Shown here: positions 15,612-26,827 of the stretch, in pieces
Layout of the letters: each line of letters opens with the position of its first letter
Numbering within the stretch: the stretch's first letter is position 1
Origin: Corallococcus caeni
GTDB taxonomy: Bacteria > Myxococcota > Myxococcia > Myxococcales > Myxococcaceae
Reading direction: 5' to 3' (one strand)
DNA length: 64,000 nt
NCBI RefSeq assembly: GCF_036245885.1
Contig: NZ_BTTX01000008.1
The notes under the pieces: generated by a model
The model's database searches: none
Told to the model about the DNA's origin: nothing
The model's input: the letters and a program-made list of their open reading frames with translations, nothing else
Program-made: the position numbers and the translations under genes

Positions 15612-18380
15612 TCAGCCGTTGAGCACCTTCACGGCCTTCACCATGTCCGGGGCCAGCTCCTCGTGCTCCACGAGGGTGAACCCCAGCTTCTTGCTGACGG
15701 CCTGCATGCCGCGGTTGCGAGTGAGGATGTCCGCGACGATGCGGCGCAGGCCCCAGTCCCGGCCGATGTCCACCAGCCGCCGGAGCAGCTCCGTGCCCAG
15801 GCCCAGCCGCTGCGCCTTGTCGCTGACGGTGATGGCGAACTCCGCGTCCTTCGTGCCGCGCAGGCGCGTGAGCCGGCCCACCGCCAATATCTCGCCCCCA
15901 CCCTTCCCGTCCGGTGACGGCCGCTCCGCGACGAGCGCCATCTCCCGTGCGTAGTCGTTGAAGCAGATGCGCGCCAGGCGCTCGTGGGCCACGCGCTGGC
16001 TGAGCTTCATCAGGCCCGCGTAGCGCATGAACACCGTCTGTTCGGACAGGGCCTGGTGGAAGCGGCCCATGGCGGGCTCGTCTTCTGGGCGGATGGGGCG
16101 CACGAGCAGCTGCTCGCCGTTCTTCAGCGTGAGCAGCTGCGCGTACTGGTGCGGGTACGGTTCGATGGCGAGCTTCGGCAGCGACGCGGCGGTGACGTCC
16201 GGCGGATGCAGCACCACTCGCGCGTCCAGCGCGATGATGCGCTCCGCGGAGACGAGCAGCGGGTTGATGTCCAGCTCGCGGATGAAGGGCTGCTCCACCA
16301 CCAGCTGGCTGAAGCGCACCATCAGCCGCTCCAGCGCGCCCAGGTCCACGGGCGCCCGGCCGCGCACGCCCTTGAGCGCGTGGTGGATGCGCGTGCGCTC
16401 CATCATCCGGCGCGCCAGCGTGGTGTTGAGGGGCGGCAGGCCCAGGGCCCGGTCCTGCATCACCTCCACCAGCGTGCCGCCCGCGCCAAAGAGCAGCACC
16501 GGGCCGAACTGCGCGTCCAGGCTGCTGCCCAGAATCAGCTCGTAGCCGTCCAGCTTCGCCATGGGCTGCACGGTGACGCCGTCGAACGCGTCCCCCAGCC
16601 CCCGCTCCGTGAGCGCGTCGCGGATGGCGCGGAAGGCCTCCCGCACCTGCGCCTCGTCGCGCAGGTCCAGCCGCACGCCGCCCACGTCCGTCTTGTGCGT
16701 CACCGTGAGCGAGTGCAGCTTGAGCACCACGGGGAAGCCCAGCGCGCGGGCCTTCTCCACCGCCTCGTCCTCGCTCGTTGCCAGCCACGTCTCCACGGTG
16801 GGGATGCCGTAGGCGGCCAGCAGGCGCTTGGATTCGTACTCGGACAGGAGGACGCGGCCGGCGGCCCGGGCCTCGTCCACCAGCGCGCGCGCCACGTCAC
16901 GGCCACCGCCGGTGGGCTCCTCCGCCAGCGTGGGCGTTTCGTAGAGCCCGGCGATGTTGTCCGAGTAGCGCCACATGTAGTTGAAGACGCGGGCCGCGGT
17001 GTCCGGGTAGCCGAAGGTCGGGATGCCCGCGTCGTTGAGGATGCGCTCGCCGGCGGCCACTTCGGAGCCGCCCATCCAGCTCGCGAGCACGGGCTTGCCG
17101 GGCAGCTTCGCGTAGCCCTTGAGGCGGTCCGCCGTCTGGGTGGGCTCCGTCATGTCCTGCGGGGTGAGGATGACGAGCAGGCCGTCGCTGTTGGGGTCCG
17201 CGCCGGTGGTCTCCAGCGCCTTCGCGTAGCGCTCCGCGTCCGCGTCTCCCAGGATGTCCACCGGGTTGGCGTGGCTCCACGGCGGCGGCAGGAAGGCATC
17301 CAGCCGCGCGCGCGTGGCGTCGGACAGCACGGCCAGCTCTCCGCCGCCGGACACCAGCGCGTCCGTGGCGAGCACCGCGGGGCCGCCCGCGTTGGTCAGC
17401 AGCGTGAGCCTGCGGCCGGAGGGCCGGGGCTGGCGGGCCAGCACCTCCGCCATGTGGAAGAGGTCCTCGATGGAGTCCACGCGCAGCACGCCCGCGCGGC
17501 GGAAGGCGGCGGAGAGCACCTCGTCGCTGCCGGCCAGCGTGCCGGTGTGCGACGCGGCGGCCTGCGCGGCCTGCGCGGTGCGGCCGGCCTTGATGACGAT
17601 GATGGGCTTGGTGAGCGCCACCTCGCGCGCGGCGGACAGGAAGGCGCGCGCGTCGCCGATGGACTCCATGTAGAGCAGGATGGAGCGCGTCATCGGATCA
17701 TCCGCGAGGAAGTCGATGAGGTCTCCCCAGCCCACGTCCAGCATGGAGCCCACGGAGACGAAGGCGCTGAAGCCCACGGCCTCGCGCAGGCTCCAGTCCA
17801 GGATGGAGGTGAGCAGCGCGCCGGACTGGCTGATGAAGGCCACGTTGCCGGGGCGGGCCATGCCCTTGGCGAAGGTGGCGTTGAAGCCGCCCGTGGGGCG
17901 CATCACGCCCAGGCAGTTGGGCCCGATGATGCGTAGGTTCGCGGCCTGCGCGATGCGCAGCACCTCCTGCTCCAGCTTCACGCCCTCCGGGCCCGTCTCC
18001 TTGAAGCCCGCGGAGATGATGATGGCGCCCTTGACGCCGACCTCCGCGCACTCGCGGATGACGGCTGGCACGGACCTCGCCGGGGTGACGATGACGGCCA
18101 GGTCCACGGCCTCCGGCAGCGCGCGCAGGGACGGCCACGCCTTGATGCCCAGCACGTTGGGGCGCTGCGGGTTGACGGGATAGACGGTGCCGCCGAACGG
18201 GCTGCTGATGAGGTTCCAGAGGACGGTGCGGCCCACGCTGCCGGGGCGCTCGCTCGCCCCCACCACCGCGACGCTGCGGGGAGAGAAGAGGACCTCCAGC
18301 GGCTGGCGCGTGCGCTGGTGAAGCAGGTCGATGGAGGGGTCCGTCCGGGCCGGGGGCGTGGCGGGGCGTTGCTCGTCCAT
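15612..18380 (-). CDS. bifunctional acyl-CoA synthetase (NDP-forming) / GNAT acetyltransferase, Pat/PatZ-like protein lysine acetyltransferase family
   Basis: CoA-binding fold ([15 protein letters not shown]), succinyl-CoA-synthetase-like and ATP-grasp regions, and a C-terminal GNAT motif ([44 protein letters not shown]). The ATG at 18380 (MDEQRPA) was chosen. Confidence 0.85.
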   Translation of the reverse strand: MDEQRPATPPARTDPSIDLLHQRTRQPLEVLFSPRSVAVVGASERPGSVGRTVLWNLISSPFGGTVYPVNPQRPNVLGIKAWPSLRALPEAVDLAVIVTPARSVPAVIRECAEVGVKGAIIISAGFKETGPEGVKLEQEVLRIAQAANLRIIGPNCLGVMRPTGGFNATFAKGMARPGNVAFISQSGALLTSILDWSLREAVGFSAFVSVGSMLDVGWGDLIDFLADDPMTRSILLYMESIGDARAFLSAAREVALTKPIIVIKAGRTAQAAQAAASHTGTLAGSDEVLSAAFRRAGVLRVDSIEDLFHMAEVLARQPRPSGRRLTLLTNAGGPAVLATDALVSGGGELAVLSDATRARLDAFLPPPWSHANPVDILGDADAERYAKALETTGADPNSDGLLVILTPQDMTEPTQTADRLKGYAKLPGKPVLASWMGGSEVAAGERILNDAGIPTFGYPDTAARVFNYMWRYSDNIAGLYETPTLAEEPTGGGRDVARALVDEARAAGRVLLSEYESKRLLAAYGIPTVETWLATSEDEAVEKARALGFPVVLKLHSLTVTHKTDVGGVRLDLRDEAQVREAFRAIRDALTERGLGDAFDGVTVQPMAKLDGYELILGSSLDAQFGPVLLFGAGGTLVEVMQDRALGLPPLNTTLARRMMERTRIHHALKGVRGRAPVDLGALERLMVRFSQLVVEQPFIRELDINPLLVSAERIIALDARVVLHPPDVTAASLPKLAIEPYPHQYAQLLTLKNGEQLLVRPIRPEDEPAMGRFHQALSEQTVFMRYAGLMKLSQRVAHERLARICFNDYAREMALVAERPSPDGKGGGEILAVGRLTRLRGTKDAEFAITVSDKAQRLGLGTELLRRLVDIGRDWGLRRIVADILTRNRGMQAVSKKLGFTLVEHEELAPDMVKAVKVLNG

Positions 18381-18527
18381 GGTGCGCTCGTGTTCGGTGG
18401 GGTGGCCGTACCGGGTGAATCTCCGGTCGGCCCCCATCGTGCACCAGTCGGGAGGAAGAGGACGGGGTGGCGGACGTTCCCCCGTCCGTTTCCGCGGGCG
18501 GACGGCCAGGCGGACGCGGGGTTCCCC

Positions 18528-19421
18528 TTACGACGCGCGCGCCTGCTCCAACACCGGCTTGAGCACGGTGCTGGCGAACTCCGCCAGCGTGGTGGGCGTG
18601 GTGGTCTCCTTCGAGCGCGGCTCGGCCGGATCCATGCGCCCGTCCTGGATGGCGCCGTACATCTCCACGAAGCTGTCCGCCATCCACGAGGGCATGCCCG
18701 CGCCCGTCATGCTGTTGCGCGCGTCCTCCAGCCCCACCCGCACGTACTTCACGGGCAGGCCCAGCACCTGGGTGAGGATGCTCGCGACCTCCGGATAGGT
18801 CAGGTCCTGCGGGCCGTGCACGCCCACGTAGCGGTGGCCCGTCCACGACGCGTCCGTGAGGAACCCGGCGGCCTTGGCCGCGATGTCCGCCGTGGCGACC
18901 ATCGGGAAGCGCTTCGTCTCCGGGTTCGGGCTGAAGATGGCGCCCGTCTTCGCCAGGCCCTGCACGTCGCGCAGCAGGTTCTCCATGAAGAAGCCCGCGC
19001 GCAGGCTGACGACGTTGGGCGCCGCCGCCTGGAAGGCCTCTTCAATGGCCTTCAGCGAGGACACCGGCCCCGACCCCGGCCCGTTCTGCGCACCGACGCT
19101 GGAGATGAGCACCACTCGCTTCACGCCGTGCGCCTTCACGCGCTCCGCGGCCATCCGCCCGGTGGCCGTGGCCCACTCCACGAAGTCCGGACGGGGCGCG
19201 GATGGCGTGAGCCAGAACAGCGCCTCCGCGCCCGGGAGTGCCGCGTCCAGCGTGGCCTGCGCGTCGATGGAGCCCTGCACCCACTTCGCGCCCTGCTTCA
19301 CCAGGTCCGCCACCTTCTCCGGCGTGCGGGAGATGACCGTGACCTTGTGGCCGGCCTTCAGCAGCTTCTGGACGAGGGAACGGCCGATGTTGCCATTCGG
19401 GGTGTTGATGACGATGGACAT
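18528..19421 (-). CDS. NmrA-like / NAD(P)H-binding Rossmann-fold protein
   Basis: The ATG at 19421 gives MSIVINTPNGNIGRSLVQKLLKAGHKVTVISR (GxxGxxG). It is divergent from a LysR regulator gene. Confidence 0.8.
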   Translation of the reverse strand: MSIVINTPNGNIGRSLVQKLLKAGHKVTVISRTPEKVADLVKQGAKWVQGSIDAQATLDAALPGAEALFWLTPSAPRPDFVEWATATGRMAAERVKAHGVKRVVLISSVGAQNGPGSGPVSSLKAIEEAFQAAAPNVVSLRAGFFMENLLRDVQGLAKTGAIFSPNPETKRFPMVATADIAAKAAGFLTDASWTGHRYVGVHGPQDLTYPEVASILTQVLGLPVKYVRVGLEDARNSMTGAGMPSWMADSFVEMYGAIQDGRMDPAEPRSKETTTPTTLAEFASTVLKPVLEQARAS

Positions 19422-19502
19422 GGGGTGCCTCCGGCGACAGCGAGATGGCGCAACAGTGCCCCCGCGCCCTGCATGAGGCCACTGCATGCTATTCATGTCC
19501 CC

Positions 19503-20504
19503 ATGCGCCGCGCTCATGAAACCCCGGCCCCGCTTCCGGCCGAGGTCGACCTCTCCGGCATCAACCTGAACCTGATGGTGGCGCTGGACGCGCTGCTCCA
19601 GGAGGCGCACGTCACCCGCGCCGCCGCCCGCGTGGGCCTCACCCAGTCCGCCATGAGCCATGCGCTCGCCCAGCTGCGGGAGCTATTGGGTGACGCGCTC
19701 CTCATCCGGGGCCGGGGCGGCATGGTGCTGACGCCGCGCGCGCAGCAGCTGGCCGCGCCGCTGCAACGGGGGCTGGCGGAGCTGCGGCGGGCCCTGCGCC
19801 ACGAGCCCCCCTTCGAACCCGCCACTGCGTCGCGCCGCTTCACCGTGGCCACGCGCGACTACTTCGGGACCGTGCTGCTGCCGGGCGCACTGGAGCTGCT
19901 GGGCCGCGAGGCCCCCGGCGTGGACCTGTCCGTGCTGCACGTGGACGGCCACACCTACCCCGCGCTCCTGGAGACGGGCGCCGTGGACCTGACCGTCGTC
20001 TCGCCGCCGGTGGAGGCCGGGCCGGGGCTTCGCCAGAAGAAGCTGCTCACCGAGGACTTCGTCTGCGTGGTGCGCAAGGACCACCCCACCGTGCGCCGCA
20101 CGCTGGACCTGGACACCTACCTGAAGCTGTCCCACATCCTCATCAGCCCGCGCGGCGACGGCGTGGGCGCGGTGGACATGGCCCTGGCCAGGCGCGGCCT
20201 GCCCCCGCGCCGCATCGCCCTGCGGGTGCCCTACTTCCTCATCGCCCCGCTGGCGGTGTCGCGCTCGGATTACGTCCTCACCGCGCCCCGCCGCCTCATC
20301 GCCGCGTTCTGCGAGGCGTACGCGCTCCAGGTGTTCCCCCCGCCCATCCCGGTGCCGACCTTCGACATCCTCCAGGTCTGGCACGAGCGCTTCGACGGCG
20401 ACCCCGCCCACCAGTGGCTGCGCGGACTCGTGGCGCGCGCCGTCAGCGCGGGGTCTGAAAACACCCGGAGTTCACGAAGGGTGCGGCGCGCGCCAGCTTC
20501 CTGA
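19503..20504 (+). CDS. LysR-family transcriptional regulator
   Basis: N-terminal HTH (LNLMVALDALLQEAHVTRAAARVGLTQSAMSHALAQLRELLGDALLIR) plus a substrate-binding domain. Classic divergent arrangement with the NmrA-like gene. Confidence 0.85.
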   Translation: MRRAHETPAPLPAEVDLSGINLNLMVALDALLQEAHVTRAAARVGLTQSAMSHALAQLRELLGDALLIRGRGGMVLTPRAQQLAAPLQRGLAELRRALRHEPPFEPATASRRFTVATRDYFGTVLLPGALELLGREAPGVDLSVLHVDGHTYPALLETGAVDLTVVSPPVEAGPGLRQKKLLTEDFVCVVRKDHPTVRRTLDLDTYLKLSHILISPRGDGVGAVDMALARRGLPPRRIALRVPYFLIAPLAVSRSDYVLTAPRRLIAAFCEAYALQVFPPPIPVPTFDILQVWHERFDGDPAHQWLRGLVARAVSAGSENTRSSRRVRRAPAS

Positions 20505-20574
20505 CACTCGGGGGGCGCGGCACTGAACGTCAGTACACAGGTGGGGGAGCATCGCATGGGGGGCTTCGTGTAGG

Positions 20575-21201
20575 GTGCTTCGCATGAATCCTGAGAAGCT
20601 TGTCTTCGCCCAGACCGTCGACGCGCTCTTCGTCCGAGCGCTGGAGAACCGCCTGACGCCCGCGTGCCGCGAGCACCTGAAGCGGGCGGGGCTGGACCTC
20701 GACCGCAAGCTGGAACGCACGTATTCGCTGGAACAGTGGCGGGAGTTCCTGCGCATCGCGGCCGGCCACGTCTATGGCGGCGTGCCCGCGGAGGCCGCGT
20801 ACTACTCCCTGGGCGAGCGCTTCATGGACGCCTACTTCGGCACCTTCTTTGGCCGCGCCCTCCTGGGCGTGGGCCGGCTGGCCGGTCCCCGGCGGATGCT
20901 GCTGCGGGCGGACGTGGGCTTTCGCGCCGGCAACAACTTCAGTGAAGTCAAAATCGTGGAGCGCGGCGCGACGTCGCTGGAGCTGTGGATGAACGACGTG
21001 CTGGCGGATCAGCCGACGTTCGCGGCGGGGTTGCTGGCGCGCGCGGTGCAGCTGTGCGGGGGCTGGCGGGTGGTGGCGCTGCCGGAGGAGTTCGACGGCA
21101 CGGCGGCGACGTTCCACCTGCGCTGGAGCGAGGCCCCCGTCGAGACGGCGCTCAGCGCCACTGAGGATGGGTCCGCAGGCGACGCTCGACCTCAGGCGTG
21201 A
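20575..21201 (+). CDS. hypothetical protein (possibly a Myxococcales-specific DUF2378/TIGR02265-like family member)
   Basis: Coding-like ORF with no catalytic motif. The family assignment is from memory and is only an inference. Confidence 0.5.
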   Translation: MLRMNPEKLVFAQTVDALFVRALENRLTPACREHLKRAGLDLDRKLERTYSLEQWREFLRIAAGHVYGGVPAEAAYYSLGERFMDAYFGTFFGRALLGVGRLAGPRRMLLRADVGFRAGNNFSEVKIVERGATSLELWMNDVLADQPTFAAGLLARAVQLCGGWRVVALPEEFDGTAATFHLRWSEAPVETALSATEDGSAGDARPQA

Positions 21202-21997
21202 GGGTGGCCCCATGCGGGGCCCGGGAGGACGAGCGCTCCCAGCGCTCCAGCCACCGGGTCCCCAGCGGGGCGGCCAGGGTTTCGTAGCGGGTCGAGGCCA
21301 CGGTGGTCTCCCCCTTGGCGCCGGTGGACACGCCGGCGCCCACGTAGAACCCCGCGAGCAGCAGCGTGACGCGGGTGGGCGTGGCCGCGCTGTAGGTCAT
21401 CAGCAGGGCACCCTCCCCGTCCTCCCGGCAGTGCCGGCGCACCCGGGCGAGCACCGCTTCGGTCCACATGTCCGGGTTGGACGCGGGTGAGAACGGGTCG
21501 AAGAAGACGAGGTCGGCGGTGGGCAGCACCGCATCCAGGAAGGGCACCGCGTCCCCCAGCTTGAGCTCCCACCGGATGCCGGGCTCGCTCCAGGTGCCGT
21601 GCTTCATGAGGCCCTCACAGGCCTCGCGGAACGGCTGGAGGAACGGGAAGCCCTCCGCGTCCGCGAGCGCCAGGCGCAGCGGGGCCAGGTCCACCTCGAA
21701 GCTGACGACGTGCAGGTCGCGGGCGCGCTGGGGGCCCAGCTCGCGGGCGCGGGTGAGCGCGGCGACGGCGTTGGTGGCGGCGCCCAGGCCCACGTCGTGG
21801 ATGACGAGCGGCGGTCCGGGCTTGCGCAGGCGGTCCGCGAGGCCGGGTTGGTCCACGTAGAGGCGCAGGGCCTCCTGCCACGGCCCCACCGCGGGGTGCA
21901 TGACCTCGCCATGGCCCAGGTGGCGCACGGCGCGGTGGCCGTTGCGCAGGGTGACGAGCTCGAAGTCGCCGTCGCGCGGATGGGAGGGCTCGGACAT
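21152..21997 (-). CDS. MnmC-like SAM-dependent methyltransferase domain protein (tRNA mnm5s2U-type, DUF752)
   Basis: The ATG at 21997 (MSEPSHP...) gives motifs VIHDVGLGAATN and VFFDPFSPASNPDMWTEAVLARV, which match the MnmC methyltransferase signature (DGFSPAKNPELW). The longer ORF to 22861 is Arg/Pro-rich junk. It overlaps the convergent gene 20575..21201 by 50 nt. Confidence 0.7.
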   Translation of the reverse strand: MSEPSHPRDGDFELVTLRNGHRAVRHLGHGEVMHPAVGPWQEALRLYVDQPGLADRLRKPGPPLVIHDVGLGAATNAVAALTRARELGPQRARDLHVVSFEVDLAPLRLALADAEGFPFLQPFREACEGLMKHGTWSEPGIRWELKLGDAVPFLDAVLPTADLVFFDPFSPASNPDMWTEAVLARVRRHCREDGEGALLMTYSAATPTRVTLLLAGFYVGAGVSTGAKGETTVASTRYETLAAPLGTRWLERWERSSSRAPHGATLTPEVERRLRTHPQWR

Positions 21998-22045
21998 GGG
22001 GCTCCTGGCCTGGAGGGGACGTGTGGGAAAGGATGGGTGCCTAGC

Positions 22046-23035
22046 ATGAGGACCCCAGGGCAGGAACATCGCGGCGCGCTTCACGGAGAGGACGTGCGGC
22101 ACGGGGAGGCGCCCTCTCCGGGGGGCCGGGTGCGGCTGTCGCTCCGGGTGGAGGCCGGGACGCGGCTCATCCAGGAGGCCGCGTGGGAGGCCCCTGTCTC
22201 GGTGGACGCGGGGCATCCGCTGGCGGCGTGCCTGGAGTCGCTGTGTCAGAACGCGGTGGGCATCGGGGTGGACGTGTTCCTGCGCTTCGACGACTTCCAC
22301 CTGCGGGCGGGCTGTCCGGAGGGGCTGGAGGCGACGGAGGAGGCGGGGCTGGCGGTGCGGGTGTTCCGCCTCGCGTTCAGCCAGTTCCATTCCCGGGCCA
22401 CCGGGCCGGCGTACCTGTCGAGCGGGCTGGTGCTGGCGAAGCTGCCCCGGGGCGTGCGGCCGGAGTGGGAGGAGCCGGGGTTCTACTTCGCGCACTACTA
22501 CCGCGAGGAGCTGTGGCCCGCGGCGGTGGAGGAGGCGCGCCGGGGCGGCGTGCTGGGGCCGCGCGCGGCGTGTGCGTACATCGACGCGCTGCTGGCGAAG
22601 GCGGACGACACGGTGGAGCTGGACTGGCCCGTGGAGCAGGGCACGGCGACCTGGGAGTGGCTGACGCGCGTCTGTCTGCCGGCGGTGACGGGGGGCGAGG
22701 AGCGGACGCGGCAGCTCCTGGAGGGCGGGTACGGGGGCGCGAGCGGCACGGGGAGCTTTCCCTTCGGCCACCTGGACGGAGGGCAGTGGCATCCACCGGA
22801 AGGCCTGGTGGAGCCCGAGGACGTGGGGCACGCGGAGTTCATCCTCGGGGACCTGGAGCACCTCTTGCCGGAGCTACCGAAGAACGGCGTGCTCCTGGCC
22901 GCGCCCCGCTGGATGGCGGTGGGACAGACCCAGGACTCACCCGCGCTGCGCCGGGCGGACATTTCGAGCGAGGAAGCGGGAGGCTTCGGCCTGTTCAACG
23001 CGGCGGCGCATGACGTGGGCGAGGACGATGATTGA
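22046..23035 (+). CDS. hypothetical protein
   Basis: The ATG at 22046 gives a plausible, non-repetitive 329-aa ORF. The alternative minus ORF over the same DNA is Ser/Arg-rich junk. Confidence 0.45.
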   Translation: MRTPGQEHRGALHGEDVRHGEAPSPGGRVRLSLRVEAGTRLIQEAAWEAPVSVDAGHPLAACLESLCQNAVGIGVDVFLRFDDFHLRAGCPEGLEATEEAGLAVRVFRLAFSQFHSRATGPAYLSSGLVLAKLPRGVRPEWEEPGFYFAHYYREELWPAAVEEARRGGVLGPRAACAYIDALLAKADDTVELDWPVEQGTATWEWLTRVCLPAVTGGEERTRQLLEGGYGGASGTGSFPFGHLDGGQWHPPEGLVEPEDVGHAEFILGDLEHLLPELPKNGVLLAAPRWMAVGQTQDSPALRRADISSEEAGGFGLFNAAAHDVGEDDD

Positions 23036-23533
23036 GATGCGACTGCTGGGCGGGGTGATGGCCCTGCTGAGCCTGTCGTGCGCGTCAGGGCCGGCGCGCT
23101 ATGCGCAGACGGACTCCGCGACCCATGGATGCTTTCGCCATTGAAACATCCGGAGACCACCGTCCAGGAGCTCACCGGGGGCCGTGCCCTGATCCGCCTG
23201 GGCCCCGCGCCACTGGCCGGAGACACGAAGCTGGGCGAAACGCTGCCGGCGTACCGCGAGCTGGCCCGGCTCCTGGAACCCTGGCTCCTGCCCTTCACCC
23301 GCTCCGACACCTGGGACGGCTACACCGAAGAGGAGACCCGCCACTGGTGGCGCCGCTTCCTGGAGCCGCCCCCGGCGCCCATCTCCGATCCACGCGATGG
23401 ATGACCGCACCGGATTTTTTCACGCATTGCCCCACCACCCGGCCCGCTGATAATCCGCCATCCGGAGTGTTCACGTCGAGCGGCGGGCCAACGGTCACGT
23501 TCGCGCCAGCCCTCGCGGATCGGGGTTTCATCG

Positions 23534-26500
23534 ATGCGATCACAACGCGCTGTCTGGAGCGGGCTCCTGGTGTTCTGCGCGAGCCTGGGCCTTCTGTCGT
23601 GCGGCGGCAACGAGCGCCCGGCACCGGAGGGCGCCCGCGCCGCGACCTCCCGTCTCGCGACGGCGCCGGCCTGGTACGCCACCGCGTCCATGGCGGGGCC
23701 CCGCGGGCAACACGCGGCCGTCCTGCTCCCGGACGGGAAGCTGCTGATCATCAACGGCGTCAACCGGACCGGGTTCGTGACCACGGCGGACCTGTATGAC
23801 CCGGCCACCGGCGCCTGGACCTCCGCGGGCGCCACCGGGATCCAGGGCAACATCACGCAGGCCGTGCTGCTGCCCACCGGCAAGGTGCTGGTGTTGACCG
23901 ACGGCTCCTCCGCGGGACGTCTCTACGACCCCGCGACGGGCGCCTGGACCGCCACGGGCAACATGTCCACCACCCGCAGCATCCCCACGCTCACGTTGCT
24001 GGCCACGGGGCAGGCGCTGGTCGCGGGCGGCACCGGCGCTGGCGGCGTCCGGCTCACGTCGGCGGAGCTGTATGACCCGGCCAGCAACGCCTTCGTTCCC
24101 ACCGGCGCCATGACCCTGGGCCGCAACGCGCACACCGCCACGCGGCTGCGCGACGGGCAGGTGCTCGCGGTGAGCGGCTTCAGCGGGGCCGGCGAGGTGC
24201 CCGGCGCGGACCGCTACAACCCCGCGACCGGCACCTGGACCGCCGCCGCGGCCCCGCTGGTCGCCCGCCACTACTTCACCAGCACCCTGCTCCCCGACGG
24301 CCGCGTGCTCGTCGCGGGCGGCTTCGCGCAGGGCGGCGTGACGACCCAGTCGGAGATCTACGACCCGGTGGCCAACACCTGGACCGCGACGGGCAGCCTC
24401 GCGTTCCCGCGCGCCGGCCACGCGGCCACGCTGCTTCCCGACGGCCGCGTCCTCGTCACCGGCGGCTCCGTCTCCAACGCCGCGCCGCAGATCCAGTCGG
24501 AAATCTATGATCCCGCCACCGGCACCTGGGCCCCCGCGGGCACGATGAACGTCGCCCGCGAGAACCACACCGCGACGCTGCTGCCGAACGGCAAGGTGTT
24601 CGTCGCGGGCGGATTCGCCTCGGCCCCGTCGCTGACCTTCTACGCGGAGACGGAGGTCTACGACCCCGCCGTGAGCCGGTGGTCGCCCGCGGGCGCCCTG
24701 CTCACCCCCCGGACGGATCCCGTGGTGGCGCTGCTGCCCTCGGGGCAGGTGCTCGTCGCGGGAGGCCTCGATGCAGCGGGCTCCTCGACGGCGGTGGAGC
24801 TGTATGACCGCGGGAGCAACGGCTGGACCGCCGCCCCCCCGCTCGCCACGCCTCGCGAGCGCGCCACCGCGACCGTCCTGCCTTCGGGCCAGGTGCTCGT
24901 CGTGGGGGGGCGGACCGACGCCTCCTCGACGAACGCCTGCGAGCGCTACGACGCCAGCGCCAACACCTGGACGCCCACCGCGCCGATGAACGGCAATCGC
25001 CACCTCCACACCGCGACGCTGCTTCCGGATGGCCGGGTGTTCGTCGCGGGCGGCCAGCTGGACGCGGCGGTGATTGGCACGTCGGAGCTGTACTCGCCCG
25101 ACACCAACACCTGGGCCCCTGCCGCGAACCTGCTGCTTGCCCGAGGCCGACACTCCGCCGCGCTGCTCCCCAACGGCCGGGTGCTCGTGGTCGGCGGGCA
25201 CGACGTCAGCGGCACCGCGACGCGCACCGCGGAGCTGTACAACAGCGCCAACAACACCTGGGCGTCGGCGGCGAACCTTGCCCAGGCCCGCGATGACCTG
25301 ACGCTGACGGTGCTGCCCTCGGGCCAGGTGCTCGCGGTGGCGGGCGTCGCGGGCGGCACGCCGCTCACGTCCGTGGAGCTCTACAGCCCGGACACGAACA
25401 CCTGGGTGACCGTGGGGCCGCTGTCGCAGCCGCGCTCGCGCCACACCGCCACGCTGATGCCCTCCGGGAAGGTCCTGGTCGCGGGAGGCCTGACCACCGG
25501 CGGCGCGTTCGCCGACACGGTGGAGATCTATGATCCCCAGCTGAGGACCTGGACCACCGCCGCCACGCCCACCACGCGCGGAGGCGTGGTGGCCGCCGCC
25601 CTGCCCTCGGGCGAGGTCCTCCTGGTGGGTGGCGAGACCGCCCCCACCGCCGAACTCTACGACGACACCGGCGCCCTCCCCGCGTGGCGGCCCACCGTGA
25701 CGAACCCTCCGACCTTCGTCGCCGGCTGCCCCACCGTCCTGGAGGGCCTGTTGTTCCGGGGCATCTCCGGTGCGAGCGCTGGCAACAGCGCCGACTCCCC
25801 CACCGACTTCCCCCTGGTGCGGCTGCGGGCCGCCGAGGGCGGACGCCTCTGGACGCTCCCCAGCAGCAACACCTCGGCCACGCGCGCGACGGTGACGGTG
25901 CCCACCGGCACGCCGCAGGGCACCTACGGCCTCTCCGTCTTCGCCAACGCCATCCCCGGCGGACGCACGGTGACTGTCGTCGCCAACAGTGCTCCGACGG
26001 CGGCGGACCAGACGGTCACCGTCCCGAAGGACACGGCGGTGGAGCTCGGCCTGAACGGCACGGATCCGGACCCCGGCCAGGTGTTGACCTGGACGATCGT
26101 CACCCAGCCGCAGCACGGCACGCTCGGCACCAGCGCGCAGGGGCACCTCGCGTATACGCCCGCGCCCGGCTACGTGGGCCCCGACAGCTTCACCTACCGG
26201 GTTCGGGACTGCGTCGACGACAGCAACCTCGCGACCGTGACCCTCAACGTGGTGGATGCCGTCCCGACCCTCACCTGTCCCGCGAACGTCACCGCGGAGG
26301 CGACCGGGGCGGACGGCGCCGACGTGACCTACGACCCCGCGGTCCTGGAGCCGGCGGGGCTCCCGGTGATCTACACGCAGGCGTCGGGTTCGCGCTTCCC
26401 GCTGGGCACCACGACGGTCACCGCGACCTCCAGCGGCCTCACCTGTTCGTTCCAGGTGACGGTGCAGGACACCACGGCTCCCGCGCTCACCTGCCCCGCC

Positions 26501-26824
26501 GACATCCTGGTGGGTCCGGGCGAGCCGGTGACGTTCAACCCCACGGCCACGGACGCGGTGACGGCCTCGCCGACGGTGACGTCGTCGCCCGCGTCGGGCA
26601 GCACCTTCGCGCCGGGCGCCACGCAGGTCACCGTCACCGCGACGGACGCCGCGGGCAACACCGCGCAGTGCACGTTCCAGGTCCGGGTCCAGGCGGAGGT
26701 CGTGGAGATCGCCGGCGGTGGCTGTGACAGCACCGGCGGCACCACGTCCGCGCTGGCGCTCCTCGCCGCGCTGGCGGCCTGGAGTCATTCGCGCCGCCGT
26801 CAGAACCCGGCTGGGGAGAACTGA
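23534..26824 (+). CDS. large cell-surface protein: lipoprotein signal, ~13 Kelch-type beta-propeller repeats, Ig-like/HYR domains, and a C-terminal MYXO-CTERM sorting signal
   Basis: Lipobox LLSCGG. Repeated motifs of the form LLPDGRVLVAGG...ELYDPATGTWT. HYR-like segments (TLTCPANVTAEATGADGADVTYDP; TCPADILVGPGEPVTFNPTATD). The C-terminus GGCDSTGGTTSALALLAALAAWSHSRRRQ is a MYXO-CTERM tail. Confidence 0.9.
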   Translation: MRSQRAVWSGLLVFCASLGLLSCGGNERPAPEGARAATSRLATAPAWYATASMAGPRGQHAAVLLPDGKLLIINGVNRTGFVTTADLYDPATGAWTSAGATGIQGNITQAVLLPTGKVLVLTDGSSAGRLYDPATGAWTATGNMSTTRSIPTLTLLATGQALVAGGTGAGGVRLTSAELYDPASNAFVPTGAMTLGRNAHTATRLRDGQVLAVSGFSGAGEVPGADRYNPATGTWTAAAAPLVARHYFTSTLLPDGRVLVAGGFAQGGVTTQSEIYDPVANTWTATGSLAFPRAGHAATLLPDGRVLVTGGSVSNAAPQIQSEIYDPATGTWAPAGTMNVARENHTATLLPNGKVFVAGGFASAPSLTFYAETEVYDPAVSRWSPAGALLTPRTDPVVALLPSGQVLVAGGLDAAGSSTAVELYDRGSNGWTAAPPLATPRERATATVLPSGQVLVVGGRTDASSTNACERYDASANTWTPTAPMNGNRHLHTATLLPDGRVFVAGGQLDAAVIGTSELYSPDTNTWAPAANLLLARGRHSAALLPNGRVLVVGGHDVSGTATRTAELYNSANNTWASAANLAQARDDLTLTVLPSGQVLAVAGVAGGTPLTSVELYSPDTNTWVTVGPLSQPRSRHTATLMPSGKVLVAGGLTTGGAFADTVEIYDPQLRTWTTAATPTTRGGVVAAALPSGEVLLVGGETAPTAELYDDTGALPAWRPTVTNPPTFVAGCPTVLEGLLFRGISGASAGNSADSPTDFPLVRLRAAEGGRLWTLPSSNTSATRATVTVPTGTPQGTYGLSVFANAIPGGRTVTVVANSAPTAADQTVTVPKDTAVELGLNGTDPDPGQVLTWTIVTQPQHGTLGTSAQGHLAYTPAPGYVGPDSFTYRVRDCVDDSNLATVTLNVVDAVPTLTCPANVTAEATGADGADVTYDPAVLEPAGLPVIYTQASGSRFPLGTTTVTATSSGLTCSFQVTVQDTTAPALTCPADILVGPGEPVTFNPTATDAVTASPTVTSSPASGSTFAPGATQVTVTATDAAGNTAQCTFQVRVQAEVVEIAGGGCDSTGGTTSALALLAALAAWSHSRRRQNPAGEN

Positions 26825-26827
26825 GAC

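Noticed and set aside
15984-17936. 650-aa plus-strand ORF
   Set aside because: Antisense to the Pat-like ACS-GNAT gene and low-complexity.
22498-23310. 270-aa minus-strand Ser/Arg-rich ORF
   Set aside because: Low-complexity (SRS...) translation. The plus-strand frame gives a more protein-like sequence.
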